59,562 nucleotides of DNA from Acidimicrobiia bacterium (GCA_041742825.1 JBGTNX010000062.1:1-59562), one strand, 5' to 3'. Positions 27,133 through 37,399 are shown, counted from the first letter of the stretch. The notes: generated by a model from the sequence alone, not told the origin. Translations and numbers: made by a program.

Positions 27133-28911
27133 CTAGAAGACGGCGTTCTCCAGGAGTCCGGCGCCGCCCTTGATCGTCGAGAGCAGCCCTGTGGTCTGGG
27201 GGAGCAGGTGTTCGCCGTAGAACCGGGCGGTATTGACGAGGTCCCGGCTGAATTCGGTCTCGTTGTCTGTCGAGTTGAGCGCGGCCAGGGCTCCCCGGGC
27301 AACGAGCCATCCGGAGACGACGCTGGCAAAGAGCTGGAGATATGGTGTGGCGCCGGCGAGGGCGTCGTCGATGTTCTTCCCGCTCAGCGCTCCCAATAGC
27401 CATGTCGACGCGTCCTCGAGCGCCCCGATGGCGCTGGTGAGCTCGTAGCCGAAGCCTTTGAGCTCAGGATGGGCTTCCATCTCTACGAGCACAGCCTTCA
27501 TCTCATCGACCAATCCCTTGACTACAGCACCATCCTCCATCGGCAGCTTTCGGGTGAGGAGGTCGATTGCCTGGATCCCGTTGGTGCCTTCGTAGATGGG
27601 CGCGATCCGGCTGTCACGGAAATACTGCGCAGCGCCCGTCTCCTCGATGTAACCCATTCCACCGTGAACCTGGATTCCCAGTGACGCCATCTCGACCCCG
27701 ACGTCGGTGCACCAAGCCTTGACCAGCGGTGTCAGCACCGCCACCCGGTCGTCGGCGAGCTTGCGACGGGCGTCGTCGTCGGAGTTGTCGGCGAAGTCGG
27801 ATGCGGCCGCCGTGTAATAGAGGAGCGCTCGCATCGCCATCGCATACGCCTTCATTGTGAGCAGCATCCGCCTCACATCGGGATGTTCGACGATCGGTAC
27901 CTCCTCGTGAGAGTCCGAGCCGGTTTTGCGGCCCTGGACCCGGTCGCGGGCGTATCCGACGGCTTGCTGGTAGGCGGCTTCGGTGATGGCGAGGCCTTCG
28001 AGGCCCACGCCGATGCGGGCGATGTTCATCATCGTGAACATGTTGCGCATCCCCTTCCGCTCTTCGCCGAGCAGGTACCCAACCGCTCCGTCGCCGTCTT
28101 CGCCAAATGAGACGACACAAGTGGGGGAGGCGTGGATGCCGAGTTTGTGCTCGAGCGAGACGATCTTGATGTCGTTGCGCTCACCGGGATTGCCTTCGGA
28201 GTCGGGCAGGAACTTGGGCACGATGAACATAGAGATGCCTTTTGTCCCGGGTGGTGCGTGCGGTGTCCGCGCCAGTACCAGATGGATCACGTTCTCGGTG
28301 AGGTCCTGGTCACCCCAGGTGATGAAGATCTTGGTTCCGAACAGACGGTAGGAACCGTCCTCCTGCGGTTCAGCCTTGGTTCTGATGGTTCCGAGGTCGG
28401 AACCCGATTGCGGCTCGGTGAGGTTCATCGTGCCCGACCACTGTGCTGTGGCCAGCTTGTCGATGTAGGTCGCCTGCTGTGCGGGCGTGCCGTGCTCGAT
28501 CAGCGCGTCGACAGCACTCTGGGTGAGCATGGCGCAGAGCGAGAAGGCCATGTTGGCGGTCTTGAACATCTCCTGGACGACAATTCCGACCGTGTAGGGG
28601 AGGCCACCCCCGGACCACGCCTCAGGGAAGTGGACGGAGGACCATCCCGACTTGACGTATTTTGCGTAGGCGTCCTTGAACCCTTCGGGGGTGACGACGC
28701 CACTATCGGTCAGGGTCGAACCCTGTTGGTCGCCGGACTGGTTGAGTGGGGCGATGACTTCGGAGAAGAATCGACCCGCCTCTTCGAGTATCCCCCGTAC
28801 CGTCGTCGGGTCGGCATGCTGGTAGCCGTTGAGCTGTGCCACATCTTCGAGCCCTGCGATGTGGTTGAGCGTGAAGTTGATCTCGTCGAGCGGCGGCTGG
28901 TATCCGGACAT
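27133..28911 (-). CDS. Acyl-CoA dehydrogenase (DmdC/FadE5-like long form)
   Basis: GTMNLTEPQSGSDLG, GTKIFIT, EHKLGIHASPTC, QVHGGMGYIEE, IYEGTNGIQA. Confidence 0.9.
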   Translation of the reverse strand: MSGYQPPLDEINFTLNHIAGLEDVAQLNGYQHADPTTVRGILEEAGRFFSEVIAPLNQSGDQQGSTLTDSGVVTPEGFKDAYAKYVKSGWSSVHFPEAWSGGGLPYTVGIVVQEMFKTANMAFSLCAMLTQSAVDALIEHGTPAQQATYIDKLATAQWSGTMNLTEPQSGSDLGTIRTKAEPQEDGSYRLFGTKIFITWGDQDLTENVIHLVLARTPHAPPGTKGISMFIVPKFLPDSEGNPGERNDIKIVSLEHKLGIHASPTCVVSFGEDGDGAVGYLLGEERKGMRNMFTMMNIARIGVGLEGLAITEAAYQQAVGYARDRVQGRKTGSDSHEEVPIVEHPDVRRMLLTMKAYAMAMRALLYYTAAASDFADNSDDDARRKLADDRVAVLTPLVKAWCTDVGVEMASLGIQVHGGMGYIEETGAAQYFRDSRIAPIYEGTNGIQAIDLLTRKLPMEDGAVVKGLVDEMKAVLVEMEAHPELKGFGYELTSAIGALEDASTWLLGALSGKNIDDALAGATPYLQLFASVVSGWLVARGALAALNSTDNETEFSRDLVNTARFYGEHLLPQTTGLLSTIKGGAGLLENAVF

Positions 28912-28943
28912 GGCTCCCAGGATACAGGAGCCGTTGAGATCTC

Positions 28944-29981
28944 CTAGAGGGTGGCGAGAGCGACGTTCGTGATGGTTCGACCGTAGGCCGCCCGCAGCTC
29001 GCACTTCTGCTCCAGGGCCGTGAGCACCGCGTCGGCGAAGTTGACCTCGGCGTAATGCCCCGCGCTTCCCAGCCCTCCGGGGCTGAAGACGTTGACTTCC
29101 ATCAGCTTGTCTCCGACGATGTCGAGGCCAACGAGGAACATGCCGTCCTTGATCAGTTTGGGTTTGACGATATTCACCAGTCGCAGCATTTCGTCAGTCA
29201 CCTTGACAGCAACGGCCTCGCCCCCGGCGTGCATGTTCGAGCGGACATCGGAACTCGCGTTGACCCGGCGGAACGCAGCGTATTTGCCTTCGTGCTCCAG
29301 GGCCTCTCCATTCATCACAAACATCCGGACGTCGCCCTCTTCGGCAGACTCCAGATATTCCTGAGCAACCACGTATCCGTCCCGGCTTATGGTCTCGATG
29401 ATCTGGTTCACGTTTGCCTCGCCGTCACCTCCGACGAGGAATACACCCTGGCCGCCCGAACCTTGCAGCGGCTTCAGAACGGCACGGTTGCCGCAGTCGG
29501 CGATGAATTCCTTGATGTCCTCGGCGTTGCGCGAGATGAGGGTCTTCGGCCGCACCTCCTCGGGGAAGTGCTGGAAATAGGCCTTGTTGATCGCGTCGGC
29601 GAGGTGGACCGGGTCATTGACAACGATCACTCCATTAGCCGCGGCAATCTGGCCGAAGAGGACTCCTGACGTTTGTGCCCAGGGCCGATCGATTGCATCT
29701 GACGCCGGGTCGTTGCGGAGCATCAACACATCGAGGTCGTCGACGACGATTGGCTCCGATCCGTCCTGCACGTCGCCCAGGTAGGTCTCGAGCGACCTGT
29801 AGGTCTTGGCCTGCGGAGCAGACGCCATTGCGACGACCCGCCCTTCCGGATCCTGTCCCAGATCCCCGACACCCATCACCCAGGTCTCGTGATCGTGGTT
29901 TGTCGCGGCCATGGCAAGCCGGGTTGTCGAATATCCGGCTTCTTCGGTGCTGACGTTGTTGACGACAAATCCAATTTTCAT
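28944..29981 (-). CDS. gshB: Glutathione synthetase-like ATP-grasp ligase
   Basis: DVLMLRNDP, VVNDP, KPLQGSGGQGVF, GDVR, RSNMHAGG, GLDIVGDKLMEVNVFSPGG; substrate not certain. Confidence 0.75.
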   Translation of the reverse strand: MKIGFVVNNVSTEEAGYSTTRLAMAATNHDHETWVMGVGDLGQDPEGRVVAMASAPQAKTYRSLETYLGDVQDGSEPIVVDDLDVLMLRNDPASDAIDRPWAQTSGVLFGQIAAANGVIVVNDPVHLADAINKAYFQHFPEEVRPKTLISRNAEDIKEFIADCGNRAVLKPLQGSGGQGVFLVGGDGEANVNQIIETISRDGYVVAQEYLESAEEGDVRMFVMNGEALEHEGKYAAFRRVNASSDVRSNMHAGGEAVAVKVTDEMLRLVNIVKPKLIKDGMFLVGLDIVGDKLMEVNVFSPGGLGSAGHYAEVNFADAVLTALEQKCELRAAYGRTITNVALATL

Positions 29982-31135
29982 GCTGCAAGCTCTCCTAGCT
30001 CGAGTACGTCCAAACCTTGTTGCACCTTTTTCATCCTCTGTCGTGCCTCGGGGTCCACCAGATATCGCGGGACCAGCGGAGGCGTCGTGAGTATGGACCG
30101 ATCGAGGAGCTCGCGCACCAACGGGAGTGCTTCGAATGAGACCTTGCCGACCAACAGCGGAGTCATATCGAGCTCATCCATCTTCTCGATGAGAGCGAGC
30201 AATCGGATCAACCCTCGCAGGTAGACGGCGTCCTTCGTGATCCCACCTGAGCGGTAGGTCCTCATCACCGTGGTGAACGCGACCCGCTTCGAGCAGCCGA
30301 GGCCGGCCAGGTGCCCGTAGGCTTCACGGAAGGTGGCGTTTTGCCCGCGGAGATGGGCAGTTATCACCCGGTAGGCGAGCACACGCAGACGCGAAGCGGG
30401 CAAGCCGCCACCTGCCAGATACTCGGCGAGGACCCCGAGGGCTTCCTGCAACTCGTCGTAGCGGGCCAGGCCCACTGAGAGCATGTGCAACGGCTGGGAG
30501 CGACCGTTCTCGAAAGTGACAATGTGGGTTCCGACTTCGTGCTGGAGCAACGGGTACACCCGCGCCCGGATCACTTTGATATCACTTGCGATGAAGAGAT
30601 GGCCGGCCTCGACCATTACCCCGGTGGTTGTCGAGCTCACGTTCACGGTCGCCGCAAGCTCCGGGAACTGCTCCTGGTAGTAGTCGAGCTCCTTCAGGGC
30701 CTCAGCGGCCAACTGAGTGGCTCCAATCCTCCCACCGGTCGTCTTGGTTTCGGGCACCCGCTCCACGATTCGATTGGCCGCTTCCAAAGTCTCATCCTCG
30801 ACATGTCCGAACATCTCGATAGAGCTGAGAAAGAAGTCGGGTGAGTTTCTCCTCGAGAGCATTTCGACCTTCAACTTCAGCTCGTGGATCAATCCCTCGG
30901 CCATATGGGCGATTGTGGGGTCGGTCGCCTGCTCCGAGCTCAGCCCATCCAACTCATGACTGATTTGCTCGAGATCGGGGAGGGCGCGGTAGGAAAAGAT
31001 CGGCTCCTCTCCGGCGAGGAACACCGCCCTGGCCTCAGTTACGTTGGTCGGGGTGACCAGTCGGAGCAGGGGCAATCGCCCGGAGAGTTCCGACAACTTG
31101 TGGTCGAGAGTGAGATCAGCCTCACTTACTGACAT
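29978..31135 (-). CDS. DUF1704 (QEGLA-motif) zinc metallopeptidase
   Basis: HEVGTH (HExxxH), ENGRSQPL, ELQEALGVLAEY, RSGGITKDAVYLRGL. Confidence 0.85.
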   Translation of the reverse strand: MSVSEADLTLDHKLSELSGRLPLLRLVTPTNVTEARAVFLAGEEPIFSYRALPDLEQISHELDGLSSEQATDPTIAHMAEGLIHELKLKVEMLSRRNSPDFFLSSIEMFGHVEDETLEAANRIVERVPETKTTGGRIGATQLAAEALKELDYYQEQFPELAATVNVSSTTTGVMVEAGHLFIASDIKVIRARVYPLLQHEVGTHIVTFENGRSQPLHMLSVGLARYDELQEALGVLAEYLAGGGLPASRLRVLAYRVITAHLRGQNATFREAYGHLAGLGCSKRVAFTTVMRTYRSGGITKDAVYLRGLIRLLALIEKMDELDMTPLLVGKVSFEALPLVRELLDRSILTTPPLVPRYLVDPEARQRMKKVQQGLDVLELGELAA

Positions 31136-31892
31136 TGGCACGCCAGTTGGCGAGAACGGGATTGACCGAAGCTTCGAGGAATGCACCGAGCCTATCGAAC
31201 TCCTCAGTGAAGACCTCGTCGCTCCACTCGTCCATGAAGGTCTTCTTGAACTCGATGGCAAGGGCGCACCCAACATCCCCGAACTGCTCATGGACCCAGG
31301 CGGCAACCTGTCTGCCTTCGAACTTCACATTCTCACGCGCATCGAAGCCGGCCCCGTGGGCAGTCGCCAGAAACACTTCGGCGACTGACTTCCATTTCGG
31401 GGGGAGTGAACCTGTGCCCAGATTCAAGTCTGGGTTCTCCTCCTGGGGCGCGGGCGCGGCGGAGGCTCCATCGCGACGGTGGTTGTAGGAATGAATGTCG
31501 TAGAGGACGAAACCACCGTGACGGAGCACCAGGCTATCGAGGAGCTCACCAAGTTCCGTGTAGAAATCGTCGTAGAGCTCGATTGACTCGCCGATGGTTT
31601 CAGGCCCTGGTTCTGTGTTCCAAAGCTGGAGGCCCCAGGCGTCGTCGGGCCTGACATATACAGCCTCCTCGGGCGGACGGTTCAAGTCCACTTCGAACCG
31701 CGACCTCTGAACCACGATCGAACTCGGCAGACGTGTCGCTAGGACGCCGGTGTAGGGGTCTTCCTCGCGGAACCTTGTCGCCTCGTCGAGGACCATGTTT
31801 GCCGCCACTTCAGGACGCAGCTCATGGCCGTTGTGAACGGCGACGCCGACGACGGGTATATCCAGATTGGTTTTGCGGGTTGCGAAGGGCAC
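31122..31892 (-). CDS. N-formylglutamate amidohydrolase family protein
   Basis: AVHNGH, EEDPYT, SRFEVDLNR, DIHSYN, NLGTG, AIEFKK. Confidence 0.88.
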   Translation of the reverse strand: MPFATRKTNLDIPVVGVAVHNGHELRPEVAANMVLDEATRFREEDPYTGVLATRLPSSIVVQRSRFEVDLNRPPEEAVYVRPDDAWGLQLWNTEPGPETIGESIELYDDFYTELGELLDSLVLRHGGFVLYDIHSYNHRRDGASAAPAPQEENPDLNLGTGSLPPKWKSVAEVFLATAHGAGFDARENVKFEGRQVAAWVHEQFGDVGCALAIEFKKTFMDEWSDEVFTEEFDRLGAFLEASVNPVLANWRANVSK

Positions 31893-31931
31893 CCGCCCAT
31901 TTGCCCCGCAGGTCCATCCGGTAAACTGACA

Positions 31932-32888
31932 TCACTTCCGGGGGGCTATCTCCAGCTCACTCGTAATCGACCGGTGAGTGGTCTCGAACCCGAGGCCGGT
32001 ATATAACTTCAGCGCATCGTTGGGGTTCTCGGTGTCCACTCCGAGGGCGGCATGGGTGAACCCGGAATCGATGAAAGTGTTGAATGATGCCTTCAAGAGT
32101 GCCGTCGCCACTCCCTTCCGGCGCCACTCCCTGACCACGCCGACGGTCTCGATCCAGCCGTCACGGCGTCCGAGCAGCTCTTCGTCTTCGGGGAAATGGG
32201 CGTTGAGACTGAGCCCGATCACTTGCCCTTTGAAAAGGGCAAGGAATGACTTGTCGAGGGCGATCCCTTGCCCTTCGAGGCGGTGTTGGTAGCTGACCAT
32301 GTCTGTGGGGGCTGAGCCCCAGTGGTCGGCAAAGGAACGGTTGAGGGCTTCAAGGGCCGACGCATCCCGGGCCCGGTCATAAGAGACGATATCGACTCCG
32401 TGGGCGATCTCGATCTCCTCAGGCGCGGTGAGAGGTTTGATCATCTCGGTGAAGTACCGGACTGGCTTCATCCCGAACCGCCGATACATCCGGTGCACCT
32501 CCTCGATCCAGTCCCATTCGTCGGCGCGCATGAATCGAGGAATGGGCCCCGCGATGTGTTGGAGGATGAGCGTTGCCGTCTCCACTTGCCAGGCGAGTAG
32601 GGCCCGCCCGATCCCGCGGCCCCGGTATTCAGGATCAACCCGGCCTTGCAGGTAGGCGCGCTCGAGGATAACCCCGCTGGGCCGATGCCAGATCCGCCCG
32701 TAGGCGACCATCCGGTCGTCGTCCCAAACTCCGCGAGTGTGCGTTTCGAGGTCCATGTGCGGCTCGGTCAGCTCCTCCTCCACCTCATGGAACGGCGTGA
32801 CCAGGGGAGCGTTCCAGAACGTCTCCCAGCGTCGAGTCAGTTGGTGGATGTCGCTGGCATCCCCGAGGCGGACAGGTCTCGTTTCCAC
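31932..32888 (-). CDS. Tandem GNAT acetyltransferase
   Basis: VDPEYRGRGIG and VVREWRRKGVA; GVDTENPNDALKLYTGLGF. Confidence 0.85.
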   Translation of the reverse strand: METRPVRLGDASDIHQLTRRWETFWNAPLVTPFHEVEEELTEPHMDLETHTRGVWDDDRMVAYGRIWHRPSGVILERAYLQGRVDPEYRGRGIGRALLAWQVETATLILQHIAGPIPRFMRADEWDWIEEVHRMYRRFGMKPVRYFTEMIKPLTAPEEIEIAHGVDIVSYDRARDASALEALNRSFADHWGSAPTDMVSYQHRLEGQGIALDKSFLALFKGQVIGLSLNAHFPEDEELLGRRDGWIETVGVVREWRRKGVATALLKASFNTFIDSGFTHAALGVDTENPNDALKLYTGLGFETTHRSITSELEIAPRK

Positions 32889-32929
32889 CGGCGGAACTGT
32901 AGGAAGCCGGGCGCCGTGTGCGGGCGAAA

Positions 32930-33694
32930 TTATTCGAGGATCGCCGCGACGAGGTCAGGCAGGTGCTCCCCGATCGACCCGTCGATCCTGGCTGAGGCGA
33001 GGTGGTCGGCTTCGGTCTCGCCTTTGTTGATGATGACTATCGGTACCGGTAGGAACGCCGCCCGGAGCACCACGTCGGAAGCTGGTGAAACTGCGACTGT
33101 CGAACCGAGCACCAAAAGCGCATCCGATTGGCTGAGGAACATGAACGCCCGGCTCATGGTCTCAGGGTCGAGCACCTCTCCAAACATGACCACGCTGGTC
33201 TTGATGACTCCGCCACATCGATCGCACCCGGGGTCTTCTTCACCAGCGTCGACGCGTAACAGCACCTCCTCGGTAGACCATGCCGCGCCACATTCGACGC
33301 AGTGGCAGGACTTCACGTTTCCGTGCAGCTCGGACACTGCCTCATCGGGCAGGCCCGCCGCCTGGTGGAGGCCATCGACGTTCTGGGTGACCACACCCGA
33401 AATCCTCCCCTCGTCCCAGAGCCGGACCACCGCGTCGTGGCCCCGATTGGGCAGAACCCCGGACCGGGCTCCCCATCGCTCGCCGTTGACGTGCATTTGC
33501 CAACCCTTGACCCTGAGCTCCGGGCGGGTCCGGTAGCGGCTGATGTGGAAGTCGTCGGGATCGACCTTGGTCCATATGCCATCCGGGCCTCTGAAGTCGG
33601 GGATTCCCGATTCGGTGGAGATCCCGGCACCGCTGAACACGAGGATCCTCTGCTTATCGACGAGAACCGCCTTTGCCTCCTCGAATGCACTCAC
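32930..33694 (-). CDS. cobB: Sir2-family NAD-dependent protein deacylase
   Basis: GAGISTESGIPDFRG, TQNVDGLH, ELHG, CxxC...CxxC; GTG start after SD GAGGAG. Confidence 0.88.
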   Translation of the reverse strand: MSAFEEAKAVLVDKQRILVFSGAGISTESGIPDFRGPDGIWTKVDPDDFHISRYRTRPELRVKGWQMHVNGERWGARSGVLPNRGHDAVVRLWDEGRISGVVTQNVDGLHQAAGLPDEAVSELHGNVKSCHCVECGAAWSTEEVLLRVDAGEEDPGCDRCGGVIKTSVVMFGEVLDPETMSRAFMFLSQSDALLVLGSTVAVSPASDVVLRAAFLPVPIVIINKGETEADHLASARIDGSIGEHLPDLVAAILE

Positions 33695-33777
33695 GGTCGG
33701 ACTCCTCACAAAGTTCAAGTTTCCCTTTTTTCCAGACGATAGAAGATGAGACGTCCGCACTATGTAGGAGATTTTTC

Positions 33778-36606
33778 ATGAAACGCCTGCGCCTCTCAGC
33801 CAAGCTGGCACTGGCAATCATCCCGATCGGCCTCGTCGCACTGGTTGCGGCAGGGTTCATCGCGTTTACCTTCTTGATCGACTCCCGGGAACAGAACGAA
33901 AGCGCGTACGCCGCAACTGTGGCCGCCGATGCCATCGACACCCTGAATGCAGTATGGGAGGAGGAGGGGGATGCTCGCCAGTTGTACATATTTGGCGACG
34001 CAGACAGCGCCGACGAACTTGCGGCCGCCATCCAGCAGACCGACGCCGCCCTCCAGGAATTGAGAGACTCCACCGCAGAGCTCGGGGAGAACACCGGCGG
34101 CTTCTTCAATGAGGTTGCCTTCAGTGCTTCGGACGACGTCCGCAGGGTTTCCGACACTCTCAACGCGATGCGATCGATCAGCTCACCGGACGCCACCGAG
34201 ATCCGTGGGTATCACGAAGTCGCAAGTGCCATCCTCGCCGTCCTCCCCAAGACTTCGTCGATTATCTCCGACCGGCTCCAGTCACGTGATCTCTCAACCG
34301 CCTACTTCCTCGCCGAGGGCGGACAGGTCTCGCTGATTCAGGAGCAGCTGATCGAGGAGTTCCGGGCGTCTGTCCTTGACGATTCCGAGTTCGACAACCC
34401 GACCTCCCGGGGGAACTTGCAGTCGACGCTGGAAGTCCTCGAGGGTGAGTTCGGCGCCTGGGCGCTGCGCGCCAACCAGACGGCAAATCAGATGTCTGCC
34501 GCAATTCTGCGTTACACCCGACTCCCCGATGTCGACCTCAATACCTTCCCTCTCCGCCGCAACGAGGACATCATGAACACCTCCGAGTCAATGGCTCAGA
34601 GGGTTGCTGACGACTCGCAGGTGGCCGCGGCTGATTCTCAACGGGAGGCCTACATCGTCGCCGGTGTGGCCGCCGCAATCCTTCTCATCGCACTCTGGGG
34701 ATCGTACGCAGTCATCCGCTCTGTGGTGCGCAGGGTCCGTGGTGTCACCGAAGCGGCGGTCCGTGTCTCCGAAGAGGACCTTCCCGCTCTGGTCGATGCC
34801 CTGCAGAACCCCAACGAGGACATCGGCGACCTCAAGCCGACCAGGATCGAGGCAGCCGGTTCTGACGAAGTCGGTGAGCTCGCCGCTTCGTTTACCAACC
34901 TTCACGCCACGCTGATCGACGTAGCCAGCCAGCAGATGGACATCTTGCGCAAGGGCGTGTCCGAGATCTTCGTGACGCTTGCACGGCGCAACAGGAGCCT
35001 CGTCGATCGTCAGCTCGCCCTTCTCGACGAGCTCGAGTCCAGGGAGGAAGACCCCGAAACCCTTGGCGGCTATTACAACCTCGACCACCTCGCAACGAGG
35101 ATGCGCCGCAACGCGGAGAGTCTTCTCGTGCTTGCTGGCTCCGAGCCGACCCGGATTTGGTCGAAGCCTCTCGAAGTGAGCGAAATCATTCGAGCTGCCC
35201 TGGGAGAAGTCGACGACTACCAGCGCGTTGACATCATGGCTCTCGAGCCTGCCCTGGTTTCAGGGAGGGCGGTCGCCGACGTCGCCCACCTGATGTCAGA
35301 ACTTCTCGACAACGGGACCCAGTTCTCCTCGCCTGTCGATCGGGTCCGGGTTGCCGGCCTCTATGACCCGGATGGCTACATGCTCACCGTTTCCGACAGC
35401 GGCATCGGGATCTCCAAAGAGAAGATCTCCGAGTTCAATGCACTGCTGGAGAATCCTCCCGTTCTCGGCCTTGCCCTGCAACCAACTCTCGGTATGTACG
35501 TCGTGGCGCGTCTTGCTGCCCGCCACGGGATCCGGGTCAAGCTCATCTCGGGCTCTCCGGGAGTCACCGTGCGCGTCTTCCTGCCCAAGGTGCTTCTGGA
35601 AGCGGCCAACGCTGACAACGACGGAAGAGATTCGCTGCCCCCGGTTGCATACAAGCCGGCGATCTCTTCGGCTGTGTACAACGGCGCCCGGAGCCAGAGC
35701 GACGAGGCTGTCTCGGACCCGGATGACGACGATCTCGCCGCGCCCGCCGCCGACGGGAGTCCTTCGCTCCCCGGGAATATCAAGGGTCGTCACGAACACC
35801 CCGGTCGCTCCAGGTCGGTCAAGGTCGACGGGGAGAGAGAAGCGAGACAGGGGAGCCCGTTTGCCGACGAACTCGGATCGGGTTCGCGAATCGGCGAGCT
35901 GAAAAAGCGAGTTCCGGGCGAAGCGCTGTGGCTCGAACAGAGCGATGAGGCCGAAGTTGCGGAGAGTACCGTGCCCCGGGTTTCGTGGCAGGTCCACGCC
36001 GCCCCCGCTGATACAGGTGACGAACTTTCGCACGAAGACGGGCATGCACAGGAGGAGAACGCAGTGACCGACCCCCAAGCCGCCGCCGACTCTGAATGGG
36101 TCAGCGCCGAGCAGGCCAATTCCGAGGATTTCGCCGACGCGGTCGAGGTGGAGGCTGAAGAAGCGACTCCCTCGGACGAGTCGGAGGTAGGGGATAACAG
36201 CAGCGCCCCGGCGGAGCAGCCGTGGTGGGTCGAAAAAGAGACTCAAAGGGCGGCGGCCGTCGATTCGCCCCTGGACGCCCAATGGGACGAGCAAGGTTCT
36301 CCAGCTGCCGTCCAAGTCGAAGACGGCGTGACTGTCGATAGCACTGTGACACCGGATGTGGCCCCAGCGGGCGAGCATGTCGAGGAGAGGCGCACCAAGA
36401 TAACCCCGGTCGGCCTTCCGGTTCGCACCCCCGGAGTCTCGTTCCGGGACACCGACGAGACTGCGTCCAGTTCCTCAGCTTCTCGCTCCGGCGCAATAGG
36501 TATCAAGTCAGCCCTCACCGACTTCAACGATGGTCGTGCTCTGGCGACCCAAAAGCTCGATGCCCGGGAAGATGACACCGACCAAGAGGAAGGGAGCGAC
36601 GAGTGA
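33778..36606 (+). CDS. Conservon sensor histidine kinase-like protein (CvnA type)
   Basis: Two TM with extracellular domain, HAMP (DEVGELA), DHLATRMRRNAESLLVLAG, ELLDNG..FS, DSGIG, long acidic tail with GLPVRTPG. Confidence 0.9.
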   Translation: MKRLRLSAKLALAIIPIGLVALVAAGFIAFTFLIDSREQNESAYAATVAADAIDTLNAVWEEEGDARQLYIFGDADSADELAAAIQQTDAALQELRDSTAELGENTGGFFNEVAFSASDDVRRVSDTLNAMRSISSPDATEIRGYHEVASAILAVLPKTSSIISDRLQSRDLSTAYFLAEGGQVSLIQEQLIEEFRASVLDDSEFDNPTSRGNLQSTLEVLEGEFGAWALRANQTANQMSAAILRYTRLPDVDLNTFPLRRNEDIMNTSESMAQRVADDSQVAAADSQREAYIVAGVAAAILLIALWGSYAVIRSVVRRVRGVTEAAVRVSEEDLPALVDALQNPNEDIGDLKPTRIEAAGSDEVGELAASFTNLHATLIDVASQQMDILRKGVSEIFVTLARRNRSLVDRQLALLDELESREEDPETLGGYYNLDHLATRMRRNAESLLVLAGSEPTRIWSKPLEVSEIIRAALGEVDDYQRVDIMALEPALVSGRAVADVAHLMSELLDNGTQFSSPVDRVRVAGLYDPDGYMLTVSDSGIGISKEKISEFNALLENPPVLGLALQPTLGMYVVARLAARHGIRVKLISGSPGVTVRVFLPKVLLEAANADNDGRDSLPPVAYKPAISSAVYNGARSQSDEAVSDPDDDDLAAPAADGSPSLPGNIKGRHEHPGRSRSVKVDGEREARQGSPFADELGSGSRIGELKKRVPGEALWLEQSDEAEVAESTVPRVSWQVHAAPADTGDELSHEDGHAQEENAVTDPQAAADSEWVSAEQANSEDFADAVEVEAEEATPSDESEVGDNSSAPAEQPWWVEKETQRAAAVDSPLDAQWDEQGSPAAVQVEDGVTVDSTVTPDVAPAGEHVEERRTKITPVGLPVRTPGVSFRDTDETASSSSASRSGAIGIKSALTDFNDGRALATQKLDAREDDTDQEEGSDE

Positions 36607-37022
36607 GCACTTCAACAAGCAACCTCAACTGGCTGATCGATCGATTCGCTCAGACGGTTCCTTCGATGAGGCATGCTGTCGTCGTATCTTCCGATGGGCT
36701 CGCCCTTGCCCTCTCCAACGGAGTGGACCGGGAGACAGCCGATCGCCTCTCGGCGGTCTCGTCCGGCATGATCGGGCTCGCTTATGGCTCCGCCGGGCGC
36801 TTCGGCTCCGGTTCGGTGTCCAATGTGATCGTTGAGATGACAAACGGCTGGCTCTTCGTCACGGGGATCCGGGACGGCAGCCTGCTCTGTGTGCTCACCA
36901 AGCGGGAGACAGACATCGGCGCCGTCGCCTACGAAATGGCAGTGTTCTCGGAGAAGGCTGGAGATATCCTCACGCCTGAGGTCCGAGAAGAGCTGAAAGC
37001 GGACTTGATAGGTATCGATTGA
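36603..37022 (+). CDS. Roadblock/LC7 (MglB-like) conservon protein CvnB
   Basis: LNWLIDRF, VVSSDGL, DRLSAVSSG, VAYEM. Confidence 0.92.
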   Translation: MSTSTSNLNWLIDRFAQTVPSMRHAVVVSSDGLALALSNGVDRETADRLSAVSSGMIGLAYGSAGRFGSGSVSNVIVEMTNGWLFVTGIRDGSLLCVLTKRETDIGAVAYEMAVFSEKAGDILTPEVREELKADLIGID

Positions 37023-37399
37023 GCGACATGGCACGTCATTCGTCTGAAGGGCGCCTGGTAAGGCCCTACACAATGACTGGTGGTCGAACCGGTCAGGACG
37101 TGCCTGCTATCGCCCTCGAAAGCCTCATATCGGCAACCGAGGAGGGCAGGGCCACCAAACACCAGTTCCGCTGGGAAGCCTCCCGCGTCATCGAATACGC
37201 CGGTCAAGGCACAGCCCTGATCGAGCTCGCTGCCCTCATCGATGTGCCGATTGGCGTCATCCGGGTTGTTGTGGCAGATCTCGCCCAACGCGGGGCGGTC
37301 GAAATCGTCGACTCGGTCGGCGGCATGTCCACAGATCTCGACGCAGTTGCATACACAGACCTCTTGAAGAAGGTGCTCGATGGCATCCGAAGCCTCTAA
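37019..37399 (+). CDS. DUF742 conservon protein CvnC
   Basis: VRPYTMTGGRT, ELAALIDVPIGVIRVVVADL, LLKKVLDGIRSL. Confidence 0.92.
   Translation: MSDMARHSSEGRLVRPYTMTGGRTGQDVPAIALESLISATEEGRATKHQFRWEASRVIEYAGQGTALIELAALIDVPIGVIRVVVADLAQRGAVEIVDSVGGMSTDLDAVAYTDLLKKVLDGIRSL

Noticed and set aside
25111-28911. Type II PKS cluster around the FabF-like gene
   Set aside because: No ACP, chain-length factor or cyclase; consistent with fatty-acid metabolism
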